Shown one piece after another: positions 29,631 to 39,551 of a DNA stretch of 64,000 nt. Every line of letters begins with the position of its first letter. Positions within the stretch are counted from its first letter, which is position 1. The stretch spans positions 830,300 through 894,299 of the forward strand of contig CBDEUQ010000003.1 of assembly GCA_965243325.1 (NCBI GenBank). Reading direction: 5' to 3'. This DNA is from Alphaproteobacteria bacterium. GTDB taxonomy: Bacteria; Pseudomonadota; Alphaproteobacteria; UBA7887. A program made the translations under genes and the position numbers. Below the pieces are notes generated by a model. It had not been told where the DNA came from. It worked only from the letters and a program-made list of their open reading frames with translations, and did not search any database.

Positions 29631-29899
29631 GCGACGTTGACTGTGCGATCATTTTCGCGCGCCATGACTTTCACGGCTCAGTCCGCATTCAGTGCTTTGC
29701 TCAAGCACCTTGTCGGCGCATCCGCTGACACTGTCCATTGTTCGGCGCGCAGATTGAACGCTGACCAGCGTGACAACGTCACGATTCTCTTTAATTTCAA
29801 GGGCTCGAACGCCGCCGCCGCACGACACCGTGGATCGGGGAGCGGCGCCGGGGCCGGCAATGCCGACGTACCGTCCGCATGTCCGTAAGGGGGCGCGCC

Positions 29900-31006
29900 A
29901 TGACTTCCACTGACAACAAGGGCAACGAGCCGCCGGCGGCGGATGAGGATCGGGGTCTTCTGTTCGGTCTGACGAAGGACGAAACAGCGCCGGCGGGCGG
30001 CAGGCAGAAGCCGCGCCGCCCGCGTGCGGGCGCCTCGCCGCCGCCCGGGACCGCCCCGCCTGCGGCGGAGGGGCGCACGGAGCCGTTGGACCCTGCGGGC
30101 CGGCCCGGGGGGACGCCTGCATCGTCCGACGCGGTGCAGCGGCGGATTCTGGCCCTGCTGGAGGGTCTGGAGGCGAAGGTCGCGGCCCCGGCGGCCGGCG
30201 CGGCCGATCTTGCCGCGGCGGCCCGGACCATTGCCGGGCAGGCGGAGCAGATCGGCGCGGCGACCGAGTGGGTGAACGACATCAAGGCGGCGATTTCGGA
30301 GATTCTGGCGTCGACCGGCAAGCAGATCGAGGGGCTGAAGGGCGGCCGGCACGATCTCGACGCGGCGGTGGCGCGGCTGAAGATACTGGAGCAGGGGCTG
30401 GACCGGGTCGTGAGCACGCTCGACACCACCGCCAAGGGCCTCGACCGCAGATCGTCGGAGCTGGCGGCGGTCAAGCAGGAGCTCGCCGGGTACTATGGAA
30501 CATGGATCTCCGAGGCGAAGGCCGGCCGCGCCGAGATGCAGGCGCTGTCGGCCCGGCTCGACGCGGGCGACCATATGGTGGCCCGGCTGGAGCGGCTTCT
30601 GGAGGGGTGGACCGATCGGACAGGGGAGGCCCTCGCCGGGAACGCAGCCGCGCAGCGCGTCTCCGCCGAGCAGACCTCCGGCGCCGCCAGGAAGCTCGAG
30701 AAGGCGGGCGCGGCGTTTCTGAAGCGCTTCGACGAGGGACGGTCGGAGGTGCGCGCGGCGATCCGGCGCGAGTTGACCTCGACGCGGCGCTGGACGACGC
30801 CGGCGCTGGTACTTGCCATGCCGCTGCTCGTGTTCGCGGGCGCCATGGGCCAGAACGAGTACGGCCTCATCAAGCGCTACGACGAAACCGGGGGTTGGAA
30901 GGACGGCGTGTGGGACCGCTACGGCGAGGAGGTCAAGGACTGCATGCTCGAGTCCTGGCAGACGGAGCAGGTGATCCGATGCACCTTCGCCGTCAAGCAC
31001 CCGTGA
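29900..31006 (+). CDS. Coiled-coil protein with C-terminal TM, relaxase-associated
   Basis: Long heptad-rich region and a hydrophobic helix; directly upstream of the relaxase. Confidence 0.7.
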   Translation: MTSTDNKGNEPPAADEDRGLLFGLTKDETAPAGGRQKPRRPRAGASPPPGTAPPAAEGRTEPLDPAGRPGGTPASSDAVQRRILALLEGLEAKVAAPAAGAADLAAAARTIAGQAEQIGAATEWVNDIKAAISEILASTGKQIEGLKGGRHDLDAAVARLKILEQGLDRVVSTLDTTAKGLDRRSSELAAVKQELAGYYGTWISEAKAGRAEMQALSARLDAGDHMVARLERLLEGWTDRTGEALAGNAAAQRVSAEQTSGAARKLEKAGAAFLKRFDEGRSEVRAAIRRELTSTRRWTTPALVLAMPLLVFAGAMGQNEYGLIKRYDETGGWKDGVWDRYGEEVKDCMLESWQTEQVIRCTFAVKHP

Positions 31007-31112
31007 GCCACCGCCGGCAGGATCACGCTCCACCAGGGGAGCGAACGAGAGTCGGTCCGGACCGGCAACGGTCGGCGCGGCGATCCGTGTCGCGGCGAGC
31101 TGAGGCGCTCCG

Positions 31113-34100
31113 GTGGTCGCGAGCCTGACCGAACTCGGCTCGGCCGCCACGACGGTGGCGTACTTCGAGCGCGAGGGCTACTACGCGAAGAACGACCCCC
31201 GGCACCGGCGGGCGAGCTTCTGGCACGGCGAGGGGGCGGCGGCGCTGGGCCTGCCGCGGCACGTCTCGGCCAGGACCTTCGAGCGCGTCCTCGCCGGCTA
31301 CGTGCCGGGGACGGAGATCCGCCTCGGCCGTGCGCGCGACGGCGAGCACGAGCACCGCCCGGGGCTCGATCTCACGCTGTCGGCGCCGAAGTCCGTGTCG
31401 CTGGAGGCGCTGCTCTACGGCAACCGGCGGGTGCAGGGAGCCCACGACGCGGCGGTTCGCTCGACGCTGGACTGGATCGAGGCAGCGCTGTTGCAGACGC
31501 GCGGCTACGATCCGGCGACGCGGCGGCGCCCGCGGGTGGCGGCGGACGGCCTGGTGGCGGCGGGGTTCCGGCACCTGACGAGCCGGGACCAGGACCCGCA
31601 GCTGCACACGCACTGCATCCTCGCCAACATGACGCGCAACCGGGCCGGCGAGTGGCGGAGCATGGAGCCCACGGAGATCCGCCGCAACGTGAAGCTGATC
31701 GGCGCCTACTACCGCCAGGAGCTGGCGCGGCGGCTGATCGCGCTGGGCTTCCGCCTGGAGGCGACGATGATCGGCGGGGTCCCGGGCTTCGAGATTGCCG
31801 CCTATCCGCGCGAGATGCTGGATGCGTTCTCGTCGCGGCGTCGCGAGATCCTTGCCTGGCTGGAGGCGCACGGTCTTCCGTACAGCTCGGCGCTGACGCA
31901 GCAGGCGGCGCTGATCACCCGCAAGCGCAAGGTCGACAGGGATATCGACACGCTGAAGGCGGAGTGGAAGGCGCGGGCGGAGGGGATTGCCCACGACCGC
32001 GCCCCCGCCCGGCCGGGTCGCGAGCGCGCCGGGCGCCGGTCGCGACGGACGTCCCCGGGCCGGCCCTATGTGCGGACGGAGGAGGCGTTGCGGCCCGGGC
32101 CCGCGGGGCTCGGCGTCCGCGAGATCGTGTGGCGGGCGGTGGACCATCTCGCGGAGCGCGCGTCGGTGTTCCGGGAGAGGGACATCCGGGCGATCGCGCT
32201 GAGCCACGCGCCGGGCCGGCACGAACTCGGGGAGATCGACGCGGCGGTGACGGGCCTGCTGGCCGACGGCCACCTGGTGGAGGCCGGGGTGCGGGGCGGG
32301 CGCGCCTTCGTGACCGACGCCGCGCTGCGCTCGGAGCGCGAGATCGTGGCCCGCATGCGCAACGGGATCGGCGCCGCGGAGGCGTTGACGGACGAAGCGC
32401 GCGTATCGCACCGGATGGCGCGGACGTCTCTCACCGAGGGGCAGAGGCGGGCGGTGCGCACGATCCTGCTGTCACGCGACCGGATCGTCGCGGTGCAGGG
32501 CGCGGCGGGGACCGGCAAGACGACGATGCTGCGCGAGGCGCTGGGCCTGATCGGCGAGCGGACGGCGGTACTGCTGGCGCCGTCGGCGGCGGCGGGCCGG
32601 GTGCTGGCGGACGAGACCGGCGCCAGGGCGCGCACCCTGCAATGGTTCCTGACGCGCTACGGCGACATCGGCAATGCGGAGAAGATGGCGAGCGCGCGGC
32701 GCGAGCACGAAGGCTCGGTGCTGGTGCTGGACGAGGCGTCGATGACGTCGACGGCGCAGATGGAGCTCCTGATGCGGATTTCGGAGCGGCTGCGCATCGC
32801 GCGGCTGGTGCTGGTCGGCGACCGCGGCCAGCTGCGCGCGGTCAGTGCCGGCGAGCCGTTCCGCGCCCTGCAGGACGCGGGCATCGCGACGGCCGGGATG
32901 GACGAGATCCTGCGCCAGCGCGATCCCGGCCTCAAGCGTGCCGTGGAGGCCCTGCAACAGGGCCGGGTGGCGGAAGCGGCACGGGGGCTGGGCGAGGTGC
33001 GCGAGGTGCCGCACGAGGAGCTGGGCGCGGAGGCGGCCCGGCTCTGGCTCGCGCTCGACGCGGAGCGGCGCGCGGCGACGGCGATCATCGCGCCCACCCA
33101 CTTCATCCGTGCGGAGATCCACCACGCGGTGCGCGAGGCGCTGGGCCGGGAGGGAGTGTTGCACGGCCGCGAGATCGAGATCGAGCGCTATGTGAACCGG
33201 CACCTGACGGCGGCCCAGAGGGCGGACGTCCGCAACCACGAGCCGGGCGACGTGGTGATCTTCCACTCGCGGGTGCCGCCGCTGCGGGTGGACGAAGGGG
33301 ATGCCTGCCGAATCGTCCGCGCCGACGACGGGTTCGTCTTTCTGGAACACGCCTCCGGTCGCACGGTCCGCATCCGGCCGGGCGACGGCTGGGTGCGCTA
33401 CCGCTTCGGGGTCTACGAGACGGCGCGCATCCGGATCCGGGCCGGCGACCGGGTCCGCTGGACCCGGAACGACAAGCGGCGCGGTCTCGTCAACGGAGGG
33501 GAGGCTGTAGTGCTCGGGATCGATTCCCGCCGGGTGCGGTTCGACCTCGGCGGCGGAACGCCGCTGTCGCTGGCCCGCGACGACCCGCAGCTCCGCCACA
33601 TCGACCACGCCTGGAGCACGACGGTGCACGGGGCGCAGGGCATGACGCGGGACGCGGCGATCGGCGTGCTGGACACTGGGCACGGCCGGCTGACGGGGCT
33701 GGCGGGGCTCTACGTGGAGGCGAGCCGGGCGCGGGACCGCTTCGTGCTGGTGACCGACAACCGCGAGAGCCTGGAGGAGGCGCTGGAGGAGAACGACGGC
33801 GCGCGCCTGACCGCGCGGGAGGCGGTGGGAGAGGCCGGCCGGCCGGCCCGTCCGGCGGATGCGGCGGCCTGGATGCTGCGCGATCTGCGGGACGACTGGC
33901 GCGCGCTGCTGGCGCGGGCCGAGGCGCAGAATGCCGGGATCGACCGCATGGACGGCTACGCCCGGATCGTGACCGGCGTGGAGGCGCTTGCGAGCGGCCC
34001 GGATCTGCCGCCGGAGATGCAGGGCTTCGTCGAAGAGGTGCGGCGGCGGGACGCCCGCATCGTGGAACGGCGGCGCGACGCGCTCGCCTTCGTGCACGAG

Positions 34101-36266
34101 GCGGACATGCACTGCCGACGGCGGCCTCTCCTAAAATGGACGGCCGAGGCGCGCGGCCTGCCGGTATCCGTGCTGCCGGAGCATGCGACGTGGCTGGCCG
34201 AGGGCGCGGCGCTCGAGGAGACCGGACGCCGGATGCAGGAGACCCCGGGCTTCGTCGGGCGGATCGCGGCCGCGCTCGGGCGCATCGCGCAGGGCTTCCG
34301 GCTCGACGAGGGAGAACGGTTCCGCGAGGCGGCCGCCCGTTACGAGGCGGACGCGCGTAGCCTGGGGATCGATCCCCGGGACATGGCGGGGGCGGCGCGG
34401 CTCGTCCAGCGGGCGAAGGCGCTGGGGCGCCACGAGCTCCCCGAAGCCGTCCGCCGGACGGTCGAGGCGTGGACCCCCGCAACCGAGCCCTCCGCCCCGG
34501 ACGCGGCGCACCGGCTGCGCCCGGATCACGAGACGGCCGGCCGCCGGATCGAGGCGTTTCTGCGGGACTGCCGGCGGTGCCTGGAGGCGGCCGAGCCCGC
34601 GGCCGAAGATCCGGACCCGCGGATCGATCGGGCGGAGGCGCTTCGCCGCGAGGGCCTGCGGCTGCTCGGCGTGGGCGAGGGCGCGAAGCTCGACGATCCG
34701 GCGCGCGTCCGGCTGTCGCGCGCGGCCGACGAACGCCAACGGGTGCGCGAGGCCGTCGACGCGCTGGGGGCGGAGGTGCAGGAGCTCCGGTCGCGGATGT
34801 TCATGGAACTCGACCGGAGCGTCGCCCGGCAGGGCCTGGAAGCACGCGCCGATCCGGCCGACCTGCCGGCATGGGAGGCTCTGCGGGATCGCGCCGAGGC
34901 GCTCCGGGGCGAGGCGGACCTCTCGCGGGACGCGCGGGAGGCGGTCGATGCGGCGCTCGCCCACGGTGCGCGCGTTGAGGCCGAGACCGCTCCCGTCCAT
35001 GCGTTTCTCAAAGAGGGCGCCCGGCACCTGGAACGGCGCGCGGATCGGGACGAAGGAGCCGGCGACCTCGACCCCCCCTCTCCGGACGGGATCGCGGCCT
35101 GGCGGCAACGCTCGCGGGAGCTTCGCGCGGCCGGCCGGAACCTTCTGGCAGAATCCCCGGCCGACGCGCGGGAAACGATGCAGGCCGCGGCCAGGCTCGC
35201 CGCCATGCCGCGGCTCCGGGGCCGCGTCCGGGAGGTGCTCGAACGGTTGGAGACCCTGGAACTGCGCGACGGCATCGCGGACTTCCGGGCGCTTGCGGCC
35301 GCAGTCGAGGGGCGGGCCAGGCGCCGGCAAACGCTGCCGCTGCACGCCAAGGGCTACGCCCGCGCGACGGATATGGCGCGAGCGCTGACGAGCCGCGCGG
35401 TCTTGCCCGACGCGGCACGCCGCGAGGCCGCCGAGTGGCTCGCCCGCGACCGTGGCTGGAAGGAGGAGCTCGCCGCGGCACGGAGACTCACCGGCGCGCA
35501 CGAACGGGACGCCGACACCGCCAGCCTCCGCGAGGCCGCGGTCCTGCCCGCGGTCCGGGCGGCCATCCGGCAGGAAACCGCCCGCCTCGCCCGGTCGCCC
35601 GCGCCGCTACGCGGGATGGCGTGGACCGGCGACGAGCCCCTGGTCGCCGGCGACCGCATCGCCTGGCGCGCGGGTAAAGCGGTGCACCACGCGGCGGTGA
35701 CGTTCCCGGGAGAGACCGGCGGCAGGCGCGCGAGCGACACGCTGCGGCTGAGGATCGTGGGGCCGGGGGACGGCGCCGCTCCCGGCGACGCGGACCGGAT
35801 CGTCGAGATCGGCGCCCGGGCCCTGCGGGACGGCGAATGCGTCCGCGCCGCCTGGTCCGACGAGGGGCTGCGGCGGCTGGAAGCCGCCCGGCAGCACTCG
35901 GTGCCCGGCGCCGCCTGCCCGCTCGCCTGTTCCGAGCCCGTCGAGGGCGACCGCATCGCCTGGACCGAGGCCGCCGGCCGGACCGGAGAGGTGCGGACGG
36001 TTGAGGCCGTGGTCGCCATGCGGACCGCGATACCCGGCGGGCACGAGATCGCGCTCCGGGTGATCCGCGTCTCCGGCTCCGGCGCGCCGGAACCCGGCAG
36101 CGCGATCCGGCGGACCGTGGAGGAGGTCACCGCGCGCGGCTGCTTCCGCGCCGCCTGGTCCGACGAGGCCCGGCGCGCGCGCGTGCTCGACCCGCCGCGG
36201 GAAACCCCGGAGCAGAGCCCGACGCCGCACCTCGGGCCCTCCCACGACCGAGGCATCGGCATATGA
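31113..36266 (+). CDS. MobF (TrwC-type) relaxase-helicase with long repetitive C-terminus
   Basis: YFEREGYY, DLTLSAPKSVS, HLTSRDQDPQLHTH; GAAGTGKT, LDEAS, STTVHGAQG. Confidence 0.93.
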   Translation: MVASLTELGSAATTVAYFEREGYYAKNDPRHRRASFWHGEGAAALGLPRHVSARTFERVLAGYVPGTEIRLGRARDGEHEHRPGLDLTLSAPKSVSLEALLYGNRRVQGAHDAAVRSTLDWIEAALLQTRGYDPATRRRPRVAADGLVAAGFRHLTSRDQDPQLHTHCILANMTRNRAGEWRSMEPTEIRRNVKLIGAYYRQELARRLIALGFRLEATMIGGVPGFEIAAYPREMLDAFSSRRREILAWLEAHGLPYSSALTQQAALITRKRKVDRDIDTLKAEWKARAEGIAHDRAPARPGRERAGRRSRRTSPGRPYVRTEEALRPGPAGLGVREIVWRAVDHLAERASVFRERDIRAIALSHAPGRHELGEIDAAVTGLLADGHLVEAGVRGGRAFVTDAALRSEREIVARMRNGIGAAEALTDEARVSHRMARTSLTEGQRRAVRTILLSRDRIVAVQGAAGTGKTTMLREALGLIGERTAVLLAPSAAAGRVLADETGARARTLQWFLTRYGDIGNAEKMASARREHEGSVLVLDEASMTSTAQMELLMRISERLRIARLVLVGDRGQLRAVSAGEPFRALQDAGIATAGMDEILRQRDPGLKRAVEALQQGRVAEAARGLGEVREVPHEELGAEAARLWLALDAERRAATAIIAPTHFIRAEIHHAVREALGREGVLHGREIEIERYVNRHLTAAQRADVRNHEPGDVVIFHSRVPPLRVDEGDACRIVRADDGFVFLEHASGRTVRIRPGDGWVRYRFGVYETARIRIRAGDRVRWTRNDKRRGLVNGGEAVVLGIDSRRVRFDLGGGTPLSLARDDPQLRHIDHAWSTTVHGAQGMTRDAAIGVLDTGHGRLTGLAGLYVEASRARDRFVLVTDNRESLEEALEENDGARLTAREAVGEAGRPARPADAAAWMLRDLRDDWRALLARAEAQNAGIDRMDGYARIVTGVEALASGPDLPPEMQGFVEEVRRRDARIVERRRDALAFVHEADMHCRRRPLLKWTAEARGLPVSVLPEHATWLAEGAALEETGRRMQETPGFVGRIAAALGRIAQGFRLDEGERFREAAARYEADARSLGIDPRDMAGAARLVQRAKALGRHELPEAVRRTVEAWTPATEPSAPDAAHRLRPDHETAGRRIEAFLRDCRRCLEAAEPAAEDPDPRIDRAEALRREGLRLLGVGEGAKLDDPARVRLSRAADERQRVREAVDALGAEVQELRSRMFMELDRSVARQGLEARADPADLPAWEALRDRAEALRGEADLSRDAREAVDAALAHGARVEAETAPVHAFLKEGARHLERRADRDEGAGDLDPPSPDGIAAWRQRSRELRAAGRNLLAESPADARETMQAAARLAAMPRLRGRVREVLERLETLELRDGIADFRALAAAVEGRARRRQTLPLHAKGYARATDMARALTSRAVLPDAARREAAEWLARDRGWKEELAAARRLTGAHERDADTASLREAAVLPAVRAAIRQETARLARSPAPLRGMAWTGDEPLVAGDRIAWRAGKAVHHAAVTFPGETGGRRASDTLRLRIVGPGDGAAPGDADRIVEIGARALRDGECVRAAWSDEGLRRLEAARQHSVPGAACPLACSEPVEGDRIAWTEAAGRTGEVRTVEAVVAMRTAIPGGHEIALRVIRVSGSGAPEPGSAIRRTVEEVTARGCFRAAWSDEARRARVLDPPRETPEQSPTPHLGPSHDRGIGI

Positions 36267-36325
36267 AGTGCGGCAGTCGGGACGGCGATCCGCGCCCCGC
36301 CGCCCGGGGACGGTTACAGGGGCGG

Positions 36326-36769
36326 TCAGCCGAGCAGCGGCGGCTCGCTCGCCATCCACTCCCGGAACTGGCGTTCAACGATCGGCCCGGCGTCGGCGCC
36401 AAACGCCGCCGCCAGCAGCGGCCCGAGTTCGTGCCCGCGGCCCTGCCGCACAAGGTCGCGCAGGGTCGTCATGAGCAGCAGCTCGACCGACTGTCGCAGG
36501 CGGTCGATCGAACCCCCGGAGGCCGCCGACAGCAGGCTGTCGGCCATGCGGTCCACCCGGTCGAGCAGCCGGCGCTGTTCCGCCTCGCTCAAGACCAGGG
36601 CCGGCGCATCCGGCTGCGCCGGATCGAGTTCCACCTCCAGCCCGGCGGAGATCACGTGATCGTTGATCGACACGTCGCGGCTCTGCGCGACCTCGCGGAT
36701 CCGTTCCCACTCCGATTCCAGGCACGAGATCGCGATCCGCGCCGGGGGCGTCGCGCGGCGCGGCGCCAT
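36326..36769 (-). CDS. Ribbon-helix-helix (MobC-like) protein 3
   Basis: IAISCLESEWERIREVAQSRDVSINDHV; TGATG coupling to the upstream gene. Confidence 0.7.
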   Translation of the reverse strand: MAPRRATPPARIAISCLESEWERIREVAQSRDVSINDHVISAGLEVELDPAQPDAPALVLSEAEQRRLLDRVDRMADSLLSAASGGSIDRLRQSVELLLMTTLRDLVRQGRGHELGPLLAAAFGADAGPIVERQFREWMASEPPLLG

Positions 36770-37092
36770 CACCCGCCGTCCCGGCGCGATTGCACCGCCC
36801 GCTGCATGAAGGCAATCGCTCCGAACACGGAAAGGCCGGTTCCCGGAAGCGACTCGCCCAGCGCCCGGCGCACCCGGTCCATCTCCTCCACCCGCGCGTA
36901 CAGGGTCCGCTGCTGTTCTTCCGACAGTGCCAGCCGCTGCGGCTCGCCGCGGCGCGGCCCGCCCGCGTCCTCGTGGAGCGCGCAGGCAACCAGGTATCCG
37001 GAGACCGGCATGCCGAGCGCCGCCGCGCGTTCCCTGATCCGGGCCCTCTCGGCCCGGCTGCAGCGCAGCGTGCGGCGCACCACTGTCGCCAT
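36769..37092 (-). CDS. Ribbon-helix-helix (MobC-like) protein 2
   Basis: TLRCSRAERARIRERAAALGMPVSGYLVACAL. Confidence 0.75.
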   Translation of the reverse strand: MATVVRRTLRCSRAERARIRERAAALGMPVSGYLVACALHEDAGGPRRGEPQRLALSEEQQRTLYARVEEMDRVRRALGESLPGTGLSVFGAIAFMQRAVQSRRDGG

Positions 37093-37095
37093 CGC

Positions 37096-37479
37096 TCAGG
37101 GCCGCGGCGCGGGGCCGCCCTCGGGATCGGCGCTGCCGGAGACCGCCCGCCAGCGTTCGGCGGCGCCGGGATCGGTCAGGCGGTCGAACTCCGCCTCGCG
37201 GTCGAGCCACGCATCGACGGCATCGCCGAGCGCCTGCCAACGCTCCTCCAGCCCCAGATCCGCCATCCGCTGCTGCTCGATCCTGGCGAGCAGCAGGAGC
37301 TCGCGAACCGCGCGGCGCATCACCGTGTCCGGCAGCGGGTCCGGCACCGTCGCCCGGTGCACGACGTAGCGCGAGATGTCCATGCCCGCCTGCGCCGCCA
37401 GGTCGCGAATGCGCGCCCACTCGCTTGCCGTCGCCATCACCGCGTGCTGGGTGCGGCGAGCCCCCGGCGACCCGCTCAC
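37096..37479 (-). CDS. Ribbon-helix-helix (MobC-like) protein 1
   Basis: VMATASEWARIRDLAAQAGMDISRYVV. Confidence 0.7.
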   Translation of the reverse strand: MSGSPGARRTQHAVMATASEWARIRDLAAQAGMDISRYVVHRATVPDPLPDTVMRRAVRELLLLARIEQQRMADLGLEERWQALGDAVDAWLDREAEFDRLTDPGAAERWRAVSGSADPEGGPAPRP

Positions 37480-37683
37480 GGCATGGCTCCGACGACCGTG
37501 CCGAACGCCCTGCACCGCCCCGCAGGAGCACTGGAAGTGCTCAAGAGGCCTGTTGCATTCCTCATATTACGGCGAGCCCGGCGACCCGCTTGCGGCATGG
37601 CTCGGACGACCGTACCGAACGGCCTGCGCCGCCTCGCTGGAGCACTAGAGGTGCGCAAACCACCTGTTGCAAACCTCATATTG
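37456..37683. repeat. Diverged tandem duplication, 2 x ~114 bp, upstream of the RHH operon (oriT/promoter candidate)
   Basis: GGCGAGCCC..CGACCCGCT..GGCATGGCTC.GACGACCGT..GGAGCACT..CCTGTTGCA..CCTCATATT occurs twice. Confidence 0.8.
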
Positions 37684-38135
37684 CCGATGCTGCGCCTCAA
37701 TGCAAATACGTCGCCGTCGTGTCCGGTTTTGGTGCGCTTCAAACGGAAATCATTCGCCATACGCGGCCCCAGTCGAGCTACCAATAAAGCCCGCCATACC
37801 GCGTTAGTTCCCAGATTGCAACTACGCGTCTCGGGGCCGCTCGAAATGTGTCACGACTTCGCCATGGATTGCGCCTTGCATCCCGACACAAGTCGCTGTA
37901 ATGAAACACTGTAACGGGAGACGAACGACTTGTATCAGCACGTGACGCATCGAGAAATTATGCGTTGGGAATCTACACCCGAACGGTGCGAACGCCACCC
38001 TCGTGCGATGCAAGACGGGGGATCAGACAGTTTATGGGCCGCCAAATCAATGTTTTCGCGCCGGAGTGTGGCCTGTTGAAGGCAGAGCGTGACAAAATAG
38101 TCACATATCAGGTCGGGCACAGGCTGGCGCGACGC

Positions 38136-39350
38136 TTACGGCGCGTCCCGCCTGCCCGCCGCCAGCGCGTCGATCCGGTCGGCGATTCGCTGGGCGTGGT
38201 CGCGGAGCTGTTCGATCGACCAGTCGGCGGCGTAGCCCTCCGTCACGTCGCCGGGCCGCGCGTGGTTGACGAGCCGCTTGGTCAGGCCGCGCGGCAGCAG
38301 CAGGTTGCGCTCGGCCACGGTGATGAAACAGTTCCGCAAGGCGTGGAACCAGAATTTCGCGCCGCCTGCGGCGCCGATCGGGCCGTTGAGGTGCTGCACG
38401 TTCTCGATGTGGCCCGAGGCGCTGGTCGGCGACGGGAACACCCACGGCGATGCGCCGCCGGCCCGGCGTTCCAGCAATGCGGCGAGCTGCCGGGTGATCG
38501 GCAGAAGCAACGGCGCGCCGGTCTTGGTTTCCTCGATCCGGAAGGTCATGCCGGCGGCATCCACGCGCTCCCAGCGCAGCGTGAGCACCTCGTTGCGGCG
38601 CATACCGGTATACAGTCCGAACCGCAGCGCGTCGCGGGTTACCGGATTGCGCACCGCGGCGTCGATGCCCGCGCGCCAGCGCGGCAGCACTTCCGCCGGC
38701 GTGGGGATGCGCCGTCGCGTCGGAGGGTGGAGCCGCCCGCCGCCGGCGAGCCAGAGATCCACCGGATTGCGCAGCCCCTCGCAGTCGATGCAGGGCCGGC
38801 GATAGAACGCGCGCAGCAGGGTGACGGTCTGATTGGCCGCCGACCAGCCGGCCCGTTCGGTGACGTCGTCGAACAGGGCTTCCACGTCGCGCCGCTCGAT
38901 CGCGTCGAGCGGGCGGGCCAGCCACCCGGCCAGATGCAGGCGGACGAGGGCGCGATAATGCCTCTGGGTGCTCTCCCGGCGGCCGCGGCCGGCCGCCATG
39001 TAGTCTTCGCAGGCCTCTCCCAGGGTCGGCGCCGCGCGCGCTCCCGCCGGGTCGCTGCCGCCGGCCGCGCGGCCCAGGAGTTCCTGCGCCAGACGCCGCG
39101 CCCGTGCAGGAGCGAGCGCGGTGTGGCGGCCGATGACGACGCGACGGTTGGGCGCCGCCCGTCCGCCGGCGCCGGCCCGGTAGTTGACGACGAAGGACTT
39201 GGCGCCGGACGGGTGGACGCGGACGCCGAAGCCGGTGAGCTTGTCGTCCCACGCAATCCACGGTTTGTCCGTGGGCCGGAGGGCGTCGACGACGCGCCGG
39301 GTGAGCGTCGTCTTGATCTTGGCCGTCCGCTTGCGGTTGCGCGCTGGCAT
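38136..39350 (-). CDS. Tyrosine recombinase/integrase with arm-binding domain, intact
   Basis: WDDKLTGFGVRVHPSGAKSF; YTGMRRNEV, FHALR, LVNH, EGY. Confidence 0.93.
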   Translation of the reverse strand: MPARNRKRTAKIKTTLTRRVVDALRPTDKPWIAWDDKLTGFGVRVHPSGAKSFVVNYRAGAGGRAAPNRRVVIGRHTALAPARARRLAQELLGRAAGGSDPAGARAAPTLGEACEDYMAAGRGRRESTQRHYRALVRLHLAGWLARPLDAIERRDVEALFDDVTERAGWSAANQTVTLLRAFYRRPCIDCEGLRNPVDLWLAGGGRLHPPTRRRIPTPAEVLPRWRAGIDAAVRNPVTRDALRFGLYTGMRRNEVLTLRWERVDAAGMTFRIEETKTGAPLLLPITRQLAALLERRAGGASPWVFPSPTSASGHIENVQHLNGPIGAAGGAKFWFHALRNCFITVAERNLLLPRGLTKRLVNHARPGDVTEGYAADWSIEQLRDHAQRIADRIDALAAGRRDAP

Positions 39351-39531
39351 GGCGTGAAGCGAAGGGAAACCATGTTCCGGAGTCAACCGTACGGTCAACA
39401 CCGGGACGATGAATTGCACCCTACCGCCCTCCGGGCCGTCGGGTGCAAGCTCCGACGAAATCCCGCAATGCATTGATAAAGCGTATTTTGCGCACCGCCC
39501 GGCAGGGATCGAAAGCCGCCTGCATACAAAG

Positions 39532-39551
39532 TCCAATGGTTTCTCTTGAGC
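39532..39551 (+). other. Putative recombination (att) site at the porin 5' end
   Basis: TCCAAT-GGTTTCT-CTTGAG. Identity to the start of porin allele 2 (TGAAAA-GGTTTCT-CTTGAG) begins exactly at GGTTTCT, ~190 bp upstream of the integrase. Confidence 0.65.

Noticed and set aside
26829..36359. Long overlapping ORFs (e.g. 26829..29561, 31652..34360, 32472..34112)
   Set aside because: Shadow frames of high-GC genes with no motifs.
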